A stretch of 64,000 nucleotides of DNA, taken from positions 10,138,451-10,202,450 of the forward strand of contig NC_134035.1 in assembly GCF_964204645.1 (NCBI RefSeq). Reading direction: 5' to 3'. The notes beneath the pieces were generated by a model. It was given only the letters and a program-made list of their open reading frames with translations. It did not search any database and was not told the DNA's origin. The position numbers and the translations under genes were made by a program. Every line of letters begins with the position of its first letter. Position 1 is the stretch's first letter. Positions 53,882-64,000 of this stretch are shown piece by piece. This DNA is from Tubulanus polymorphus (lineage: Eukaryota; Animalia; Nemertea).

Positions 53882-54140
53882 TGACGATTATGCATTGAAA
53901 ATCTCAAAATAATAACGAAAAAATTATATATAGTCCGAAAATGTTTCCTTGAGCTAGTAGTTTATTACACGTTTCGACCGTATTCTAATCGTCACCTTCG
54001 GCAATACTGCATAATAGAATATAGTTGAAACATCGAATGGACTACTAGCTCAAGCAAACATTTTCGGACTCTATATTATTTTCTCGTTATCATTTTCGGA
54101 TTCTCAACGCATAATCGTCACAACACGGTGTTTTATCGAT
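53882..54140. mobile_element. Hammerhead-bearing foldback element, family G (best-preserved arms)
   Basis: ~85-bp inverted arms spanning 53882-54120. Minus-strand relic at 53963-54006 (TATTG CCGAAGG T GACGA..CGGTC GAAAC GTG TAATA), plus-strand relic at ~54012-54039, tail caacacggtgttttatcgat. Confidence 0.8.
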
Positions 54141-54752
54141 GGTTATCTCGTTTGGAACAGTATCGCGCGCATACGTGCGCCACTTAAGTAACGTGATAAG
54201 AAAGAAGAAAGAAAAGTTCAGCCGGCCATTAATAAAAAAATATCCTCGGAACGATTAGAAGTTCTCGGGCGAGCTGACACGTTTTAACCCCGGTTTGAAC
54301 AGCCGGTGAAGTGCCATGTCGAGACGTCCTCCGTCGTCGTCGTACGTACAAAGAAAATGTATAAGACAAAGCGAAACAATGGCGCGAAAAGACATGACAT
54401 AAGTAGTCGGATTTGCTGACACAATCGGAACCGAAGAACCGCCGATGAACGGAGCGGAAAAAATCCCCCAGAGGACGCACAAAAGGTGCATACATGAACG
54501 AAGCCATCTGCATTCGTGCCGCGCTAACAATTAAAGTCATTTGCAAGTTATATTTGAGCAACTGCAAGAACTAATACCTTCGAGTGCGCAGGCGAATTAT
54601 CGTCGAACGGAGGGGTTGAGTCGACGTAAAGAAATAGTTTGGTAAAGGACGAAGAAATTGGTCGGATATATTTTGCTCCTCGAATTGAAAGGAAAAGAAA
54701 TTTAACAGACGACGAAGTTGAGACGATTTCTACTCTTGCTGCATATCATTAA

Positions 54753-54977
54753 GAGAAACCCACACTTTCAAATCAAACAACTGTTCTTGTTTTTTCGTAC
54801 GTTTCCAGTAGAATCCTTCCACCGACCTTTCTATTTTGAAATGTCATTTTGAAATCAACTTTGAAGATAGATAAATGTGAATGAAGACTTTCAAATAAAC
54901 TGAAAATGGGTGGAAGGATTATTCCCGAAACATAAGAAAAAAATAACAGTTGTTAGAATTGATATTGCGGGTTTATC
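54753..54977. mobile_element. TTAA-flanked foldback MITE (Kolobok-like)
   Basis: ttaa|gagaaaccc ... gggtttatc|ttaa with ~85-bp imperfect TIRs. The right arm recurs at ~19700-19800. Confidence 0.6.
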
Positions 54978-57900
54978 TTAAAGATGTACTTCAGCAACGT
55001 CGTAATAAACAATTTCTCAAAAAACTTATAAAATATCTACTAGATCCCACTTAAAATAAAACTATCAATATTTTGCTACTGCAGATACTATTTTTGAAAA
55101 AGCTTTGTTCAGTCGGGCCGGGCTGTACGTCGCGCTGTCAAAAAATTCCCTACATAAATAACGTTCTTAAAAACGGTCGTAACGACAACGTTCACTCCTG
55201 CTGCGGTCAGATACTGGTGCCGTTTAAAATTCAATACCATTCGCTTTAAATATCAAGTACATTAATATGTAAATCTTAAACCTTTATTTGGTCTGTCATC
55301 GCGTTTGATCGATACCTTTGTCGACGCAGGCTTTTCAAAATTCAAAGCTGACATAATTCGAGTTTTAAAGCCGCTGAAATAGTACCGGGAGAACGTGTTA
55401 GGTATTATTAGCGAAAAAAGAGCGCGAAATACCTTTGTTAATCGGTGGCCGGCTTTTCTTATGGAAAAATATAGTTTTAATCCGATGCCCGGTGTACGCG
55501 CCGCGCCAGCAGTCGACGCACAAAAGACCCGAGAAACATCTCACGAGCAGATGATGATGGATCTTACAATCGATGGCAGGCAGTCCGACTGACTTAAGCA
55601 ACTTATGATTTAATTTATGAAAGCCGACTCTGTTATTACGGGGAGACGCGACCCGCGATAACGGATAAAGGGCTGGCAACCTATTTAACATTTCACAAGT
55701 TTCGTCGATTCGACGATTTGTATCGGACGGATGCGACATCGCGCGTACGCTCGAGCGTGTCAAATCGCGCGCACGTGCACTCTCTACGATGTAATCTCCC
55801 TCTCTCTCTCTCTTGCTCGTTCGCTTGGACCGAATTGCATCACCTCAACGTCCTCATTCCTCTTTAATTCTCGATCGTAACTTTGCATAATTTTGCATTA
55901 TAATTTATTCATAATATGAGCTCTCTCTCCCTCTCTCTCTCCCCCTCCCCCTCTCTCTCTTTCCCCCTCTCTCTTTCACTCGACTGATGATGATCGATCA
56001 ACTCAATTATACAGTCGTGTACTAGAAAGCCACTCACACACTCAAAAGAATGGATTTTGAAATTTCATCCGACTTTGCCCGATGATTAGCCGCGGTAGTG
56101 GTCGAAGCAATTCACGACGATTACCGATAATTGCTTTTTTGGTGTCGATTTAAATATCTGAGGAAAAAGACCCCGTTAAGGAGTTAATCTTTTAGGTGAA
56201 ACTAGGTCCAGGGGGTTGGGGGCCTTATGAGACTACTGTATGACCCTCAAATCATGAGCGCCCCCCGTTCATTCAAAGGCACGATTTCTAGAAAATTCTA
56301 GAAATAATGCTATTTTTCCTATTAAAAGGGTAGTGACAGAATGAGCTTTTTCTAATTGATTTTTCAAAAAAATTTCGTAAGGCCCCTTAATTCTGTTGTT
56401 TAAGGCTGATAAAGAACTCTGGAAATTGTTACAAAAACAACCACCATTTATTCATGACAAGTGATAAAATGCTCCTGTCCTTATACGGACAGGAGGCAGC
56501 AATATTGAAAAAAAAAAAAAACACTACCAACTGAATGTAGAATCTAGATTGAGACGAATAAATGAATGATACTTATTGCGAAACGTAAATTCACCGTACT
56601 CCGTAGCCCTCGGAGAGTATTCTATCGCGTAAAAAAAGATTCCCGCGCGTTTCTCGTAATCAAAGCACACTTGTTCCCCCTAGTGATTTCAAATTTATCA
56701 TTTCCATTCGATTGCAATTACGCACGATACAGATACGTCGTCGTCGTCGGTTGTTGTTGTTGTTTTTTGCCGCCACTTTACGCTCGGCGTAAACGAGATA
56801 CGCGCGATAACACCCGATTTACATAATTCGCGAATAAATCGGAGAAATGAAAATTTGTTTCATTTTGTTTCTTTTCCCACCCGATCGGATCGAGCCACGC
56901 GGCGGAGTCGCTCACGCGATAACGCAGGAATTATTTCTAAGGCTGAAACGTTGTTATTCGTACATCGTACATAAGGGAACGTTTGGCTTAACGACCTCGA
57001 CGACCTCGGTTACCGAGGGATTAATCGGAAAATTGATCTTCGGCGGGAATTCATTGTTTCGAAGGAAATCACGTTTCAAACTAACGTTTCATCTACAGGA
57101 CCGAGTTCCACAGTTGCTAGATTTAACTACGTTCAAAGCTTTGGTTGATCGTCTAATTCATCGATTCTTGTTCATCGTCAATTATTCTTAATCTTATGAT
57201 ACAAAGGACTGGAATAACAATCAATTTTGATGAGTCAATATTTTATATTTCAAATAACTAAACAACTCACAACTTCTGATCTTCCTATTAATGCTTAGCC
57301 TTTATCCATGTATATCTATTTCATATTGCGATACTCTGAGCAATCCATATAGGGCAGTTGGTCATTTATCAGTCGGACCGGCCAATGTCTTATCAGTGCC
57401 TATAACACAGTCCAAGTTTGTATCATTTTTCAAACATATATTTGCCTCAGTGTAAGGTGCCAGTGTCATGCAGCCTTTGGGCATAGCTGGGCCAGTATAG
57501 TGTACAATGTGTACATAATGTATACTGTATTGTATGTACATAATATTTTCTATGCGAACAAAGTTTATCGAATTATATTGAATTCTTTCCATCTCATTTA
57601 GGTCCCTCTAGCACTTTCATCTGTACACTGTTCTACTGTATCTGAACATTGCGAAATATAATTCTTATTGAATAAATTTCTGGGCAGGAATCCCATTATT
57701 ATCTATTTACTCATCATGTATGTATTTTACATACTGTACAAGTACGATTCGTAGCACATTTTTTTGTGATGCGCGCGTTTTAGCACAGAAAACCGACAGA
57801 TGCCGACCTCCCGGTGCTACGCGTCGGAGGGAACCATTGTCACCGGAGCGGTAAGTAATCACACGAAATATTTCTACTTCTGGTTATTCCTATTTTAGGC

Positions 57901-58275
57901 TTTGTTTAAGCGAACAAAAGTATGCAAATGTTAATAATACGTGACGCGGACATTAATTGTACGCGCGTGCGCCACATTTCCAGAAAATAACGTCGATAAT
58001 CACAATAGGCAAAACTGACTTGATCAGAAAGGATCCGGTGACTGAGAAAACAACGAGACAATTGAACGAAATATCTACGAAATGAAAAAAAATGGATGTC
58101 GTATAATAGATGGTATTATAGTAGATATGAAACAATAATGAAGCTTTTCATCCATCGAGAAAACTACGATACAATTGCGCGTTATCTGAATCAACCGATC
58201 TAAAAGGAAATCCGACTTGTTTTGATGGTACATGCGCAAGTATATCGTCAATAGTTTAAACTATGCACATTCCCA

Positions 58276-58489
58276 TGACCTTGCCCCATCCTCCCATATA
58301 TGCTTTGGTATCGCTAGACTTTGCCAGGAAAACTCCGGCGCCAATCAGATTGCCTGTTGTATAATCGCTGAGGCAAATTAACTATAACTGGAAAATAAAA
58401 CAGTACTTCTGATTGGCTAATTATTACACCATCTAAGCTGCGCACTCAGATTAGTTAGGCAGGGTTCAAATCCCAGCCTGGCAAGGATG
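58276..58489. mobile_element. Family H element, decayed copy
   Basis: ccaatcagattgcctgttgtataatcgctgaggcaaatt closely matches the reverse complement of 28734-28772. Ends gggttcaaatcccagcctggcaaggatg. Confidence 0.65.
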
Positions 58490-59319
58490 CGTGCATATAT
58501 AGCAGCAAAGGTAACAAGTTTCAACCAGCTATACGTTATCTATCGAAGTCATCGGGGGCCGGCGCTGGTTATTGAACCGGGCAATCACCGTTAATTCTAA
58601 TTCGTACGAATCAAGTACGACGATATCAATCGCTCGATTCAGATTAAATCGATCGTATGAATGGACCATTGTCCAGCGGCGCATGCAGCCGTTATTCACT
58701 AACGCGCCATAAGTGGGTGTATATATAATCGTTTTCATTATACAAATTAAAGGTTTTAAAAAGTCATCCGTACATCCATCTAGTCCTTAAAGCCCCCTTT
58801 GACAGCTGTGACCGTCGAGCCCGGGCTCCCCGCAGGTATAATAACTTAATTATTAGTAGCTCGTATGATGGAAAATGTGTCCGTTTCCGTCGACAGTAAA
58901 CACCGGAGTAGCGCTCGGGTTTTTCAGCCGCGGGTATTCATTAGCGAGGACAACGAGTTCTCGTCGGGCGGCCCGCTCTCATTAAAGACTGCCCCCTGCG
59001 TGGACGTAAGCATCGGCGACTTGTTCGCATGCGTAATTACACGTTACACCCACAATGGACGCTTCGCGATGTGACAAGTGTAAAACGCCGCCGATTCCCC
59101 GCGCGGACATCTCGTATTCGATTATCAAAATCGTGTATTTCGGATTGCCGAAATAAAGCGACGCGTAATTCGATTGCGACGACGGCGTGTGAAATGTTGT
59201 TATTTGTTATTCGCGACGTTGAAAGAAGAAAACGAACAAACCGTAGAAGAAAGCTTTGGATTTAATTGAATTCTGAGTCAGAGTCGAATCAGTGATTGAA
59301 ACTGGATTTAGGATCCGTA

Positions 59320-59730
59320 CATGTTGTTGTATGTACCTCCATGCTTGTACCTATATGCATACATGTAAATCTTTAGCGCATATGTACATGTACATATATA
59401 CAGTGTATATAAATGTACAGTAGGAATGTACATGTGCACAGTTCATTTTCATACTTACAGATGTATATCATGTATATGTATATACATGTACATTATAAAC
59501 ACATATTTATGTATATACTTGTACAATACATATAGTGCATTATCATACATGCATGAAAACATATAGCATGTACATGTACATTACATACATATACTTATTG
59601 ATGTATATAGATGAATTTATTATTATTAACCTGTTATATGTATGTACACATTCATGTGCAATTACATACATGTTTGTATGTATCTATGTACATTTATGTA
59701 TGCAAACCTATAGTATGTGTGTACATGCGT
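59320..59730. repeat. Degenerate (ATGTAC/ATAC)n low-complexity tract
   Basis: Directly visible. Confidence 0.8.
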
Positions 59731-60811
59731 GCACTCTATTTTAGAACATGTTCTAATAGAGCATAATGACTTCATGGCAGCTAAATTTCAAATATCCAGT
59801 ATTTAAAAGCTATTGCATGAGCTGAACACTGATACATAAAGGTCGAAGTAATAATTTTCACAAATTCTTCTTATCATTTTCAATTATTTGAATTTCAATC
59901 TATGCGACGATCGGTCCGTCGTCTGCTAAGCGTGTATACGACGACGACTACGCTTCGAAATTTGAAATGAATTCTTTTTACCTCTGGCTGAATAGCGGAT
60001 GATATTGCATTCGAACACGCTACGCAATAATTATATATCGCGTCGATGACGACCGTGTCCTTATTGTCGTATCATATTTTCAATTTGACGACGGCAGGTC
60101 TCTCTAACTCTTACGGAGCGAGCGGGGAGAGGAGAATGAGAGAGAGCGTAGCACGGCTAATAAATTAAATACCGTACATATTTGTCGAGTTGAATCAATT
60201 CAAAATCGCGTTGACGTCGTTTGTAAAATGTTGGCGAAACGTTGCGTGCGCCGAGCAAATTAAAACGCGAAAGAATTGATAAGTAATATGAATGACTCGC
60301 GCTTTATTGCATAAATTCCTAAGTATCTTCGCGTTCTGTATTCGTTCATTTACCGAGCCCCAGCCCGCCTGTCATACGCGAACAGTGTGGACGACGTCGT
60401 CGCCGTAGTCGCGTGGATTGTTCTAAATTACGAGATTAAATATTTTCGATGAAACGACAACATACCGAGTCGGGCGGAATTCCATTTTCGATAAAAACAT
60501 CAAAAACTTCAGAAAGAAATACGAGTCTTTTCATTATCAGCATTTGTGAACATCAAATTGATTCGTAACCGATCACAAAATCAGTTTGATAGTAATCAGT
60601 TTGATAGTTGGGTTGTGAAAGGCAGCCGTTCGTTTAACCACTCAATTCCACAGCTCTGGGTTAAATCTTACTCCTTGAGTTGAAATATTGGAAATGAAAT
60701 AATTTTGACTCAAACTCATAATCATGGAACTGGGTCTACTGCGCAATGGTGAAATAGCTTGATCTGAAAGGACAAGCTGATGATGTTATGCTCGATATTT
60801 AACATGTCTGG

Positions 60812-61122
60812 TCACCATCACCCTCCTTCGGCAGTGATTTGAACCCGATAGCATCACTATAGACTCAGCCACGGCACGAAACGCTGCCACATGACACTTC
60901 GGTGCGCAGGTACATGCACAGATTTGCCGCACGAAAACTTGTGCAGCCAATCAGATTGCCCGCTGTAATTCCTGGATTAATGATGAAATGGAAAAACCCA
61001 GACTAGAAAAAAAATTGGATTTCTGATAACAATACACCATCTAAGTTGTGGCAGGGTTTCATACTGTGGCTGAGTCTAGCGATGCCATCAAGTTGGAATC
61101 CCTGCCTGAGAAGGATGGGTCA
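60812..61122. mobile_element. Family H element with single-copy TIRs
   Basis: Left tagactcagccac..gaaacgctgccaca; right tgtggcagggtttc..gtggctgagtctag..gaatccctgcc..aggatgggtca. Confidence 0.7.
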
Positions 61123-61139
61123 GTAATAACTCGCATGTG

Positions 61140-61376
61140 TCATCCAACCATCCTTGATCGGCCCAAGGATTTGGCGAAAACCAGATAATTGTACTCGCGT
61201 CTGGGCTGATCTGAATCCAGGAATCCTGATTGCAGAATTTGCTCAACATCGATTGTACCATTCCAAACCTTAGCCATATATAAGGCGCCGTACTGAGTTA
61301 AGAAAGGCACATTTTTTCTAAATGTTTCCAGAATCTCTTCCGAAGACAGCACTTCTTCTGCATCCCCTAACACCAT
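61140..61376 (-). other. Possible coding exon or gene fragment of unknown identity
   Basis: 78-aa protein-like ORF immediately preceded by an AG acceptor (atatcag| at 61378-61377). No recognisable domain. Confidence 0.3.
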
Positions 61377-62099
61377 CTGATATAGTATTCAAAAATTACG
61401 AGGTGGTAGGCAATGCAAAAAATACGTAGCCACGAGTAAATGACGTGAACCGAATGCCATCACCGAGTTGTTGAGTCGAGCTGATTCGATTTGCGCAAGT
61501 CAAGTGGACGGAATAGAGATGCGCGCCAAATATCTGACAACGGCTAATTCGTCTGAACAATAACAAGAGGCCCACACGAGTCCAGTGGTCGTAGCCGTGG
61601 TGTGTAATTGACCGTGGATAGGTGAAACAAAAACCGGCGTGACAGGTTAATGCTATGGAGAGGAATCAACTGCACTAAGAATTACGATACAGACCAACTT
61701 AGAAATCTAAGCCAAATATTGAAAATCAGAATTTTCACTTAAAATCAGTGTCATTTGCGATTGATGTTCCTGCGGTTGGCAGTTCTAAACAACGACAAAT
61801 TTGTCCGTCAAAGATATCGTCCAGTAAGTGACTGGTTGTTAGATTTGCTAAAACACTGGAAGATGTTAGATTGGCTAGGAAAGGTCTTGCAGTTATTTTG
61901 TGAATATGGAACTGAAATCAGGAGCTTTTCAACGACAGTTAGCCGAAATGGTCAGAGCTAAAAAGGAATTGAATGTTAATCTTTGGTCATTAATTGACTA
62001 CAGAACTAAGTTGGTGTTAAACTGGTCTTGAATTTTAGGTATGACCGAAAAACTGGGTCCTTTTTGATAGATGCGAGTTATTCCTGAAATCCACTAGAC

Positions 62100-62138
62100 T
62101 ATATATATATATACATATATGTATACGTATACGTATAC

Positions 62139-62178
<40 letters not shown>
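62100..62178. repeat. (TA)n microsatellite with interruptions
   Basis: Directly visible. Confidence 0.95.
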
Positions 62179-62181
<3 letters not shown>

Positions 62182-63619
62182 GGTGGGGTCTAAGGGCCTA
62201 ACAATGAACTGTATACATCAATGATGGCCGTGTTTCGTGTGTCACTGATTCAATCAGACGCCAAACGCAGTCAGAAGAATATATCTGATGATTTGGAAAC
62301 ATGGAATTCTCCGACGAGACGACGACGACGCCGATGACTGAGGCCTGTGGTCAATCTACAATAATAACAACCTATACTAGACATTAAAGCACGTACTCAC
62401 AAATACAAACGCGACTGAGAACACGAATAATTACATTGTAACATAAAACATAACAATCAAGCCGTGATACGTGTGTATGCGCGCGGCGCGAAATTCCATT
62501 TCCGTAGAAAACGAAAACGGTAAGTGGTATCCGCGCGCGCTCGCATTCGGATAAAACACCGAGAGACGACAATAGATGAAAATCAACAAACCTTATCAAA
62601 AGAACTCAACACCACCATCGGATGATTAAAGCGAAGGAAAATATGTATGCAGAAAAGGTGGTTGCGCCACAAAAACGACCAGATCGGAGATCCAAGAGCT
62701 GATTGTTTTCAATCGAAGTTACAGGGTCTTGAAACTGCCAGCAACGCGGGTCTTCACAAGTCGCAACCGACATAACCTGCTTTTGTGACTGACTGACCAC
62801 GTCTTGCAAGTCGACCCACGCCCAACTTTACTCTTTCCAACTACTTAACTGCCTTCTTGAAGAAAAGTGAAAGAATTGAAGTACAATCAACAGTTCTGAA
62901 TTCAACTTCCGCGTTAAAAAATAATCAGTTCATTTTCAAATACAAATTCTATTTCAAATTCACACGCAAATCCTGGAGGGTGAGTTGGGCTTGTTATGAT
63001 AAATTCCACAATTCTAGCTAGTTCAGACAACGGCATTTACTCGCGTTACCACCGATCAAATAAGCTTGTCAGAAATTGAAAATATCTAACATTAAAATAA
63101 CCAGCCAGCCATGAGGTTTTTTAATCACAGATATATACAGTACCGACGATATGATATGCGCACATCAAGCTCGCCGGTTCAATGCAGGAAATTAAGACAG
63201 CAAACAATGGCGCCATTGTCATGCAAATATGTAATTATTACTGTTCAATGGTACAGCAGCAGAATCTAAGAAATGAATAAATACATTTCATATCACGAAT
63301 ATACACGTACGCGCACCACATATCAGATACAGCGGGAAATACTGAAAATTATTCAATTCCACGCAGAAACAAGCAATCAGTTTTCACAGCGAGACTGATT
63401 CTTATTACATAAGGTCAAAAGGCCGATACATTTTGACATTCATCACCCATCAGGAATCCACTATTTAGATCAGCTATTATTCAGATTGTTCGGAATTGAT
63501 GAAATTAATTCAGTTTTATGAAAAATATGGAAACAATGTATTTTACAAAGTTTTGCATATAGGTGGACCATGAATGACCCAGATTAGATCAAAATCTGGA
63601 TTACACCGATCTGAATTAA

Positions 63620-63982
63620 AGCCGCGGACACACTGGGCGATTTCGTCGCCGATTTTATGACCGATTTGATCGCCGACAGACCCGGACACACTGGGCGATT
63701 TCGTCGGCGACGAAATCGGCGAACAGCGCCGCTTATTTTGAAACGACCAGCTGCTAGCGCCACCTTTAATAAATCAAAGAGCCGTGATTGGCTGGTTAAT
63801 ATGGCGCTCGAGGCGACTGATCGCCGTACCCGGACACACTGGGCGATTCTGTCGCCGGCGACAGAATCCAACATGTTGGATTCGGGCGGCCGACTAAATC
63901 ACCGAAGGCGATTGCCCGGACACACTGGGCGATTTTACCGGCAATTTCGTCGGGCGACGAAATCGCCCAGTGTGTCTGGGCC
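63620..63982. mobile_element. Well-preserved TTAA-flanked TIR element (Harbinger-like MITE) with internal repeats and palindromes
   Basis: ttaa|agccgcggacacactgggcgatttcgtcgcc ... ggcgacgaaatcgcccagtgtgtctgggcc|ttaa. The motif cccggacacactgggcgatt recurs at 63681, 63829 and 63916. Confidence 0.85.
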
Positions 63983-64000
63983 TTAAGCGGGTTTGAATGT

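Noticed and set aside
56473-56521. 9-bp hairpin ctcctgtcc-ttatac-ggacaggag followed by an A14 run (terminator- or Helitron-end-like)
   Set aside because: No CTRR terminus at the expected spacing, single occurrence, and intrinsic terminators are not relevant in this context.

Overview
AT-rich eukaryotic DNA, very likely from an invertebrate animal. There are no prokaryotic features and no CRISPR array. The only confident coding segment is at the left edge on the minus strand: a large first coding exon (CDS 1155->63) of a Q-rich C2H2 zinc-finger transcription factor, with clean splice sites, which continues beyond the window. The other ~63 kb look like its 5' intron and upstream regulatory region. 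CpG-rich unique islands (a candidate promoter/first exon at ~9.8-10.6 kb, a four-octamer POU cluster at 29.8 kb) alternate with decayed small repeats, three minisatellites (32, 32 and 28 bp units), an 80-bp tRNA-box tandem and TA microsatellites. The repeats include hAT-like MITEs with 5-bp and 6-bp TSDs, Harbinger-like and TTAA-flanked foldbacks, and a tRNA-Gly-derived relic. The most notable signal is a set of short non-coding foldback elements (at least 7 copies, 3 sequence families). Their centres carry back-to-back minimal type-I hammerhead ribozyme motifs of the Penelope-like-element kind, and two families share a small hairpin tail. All alignments were made by eye, so repeat boundaries are approximate.
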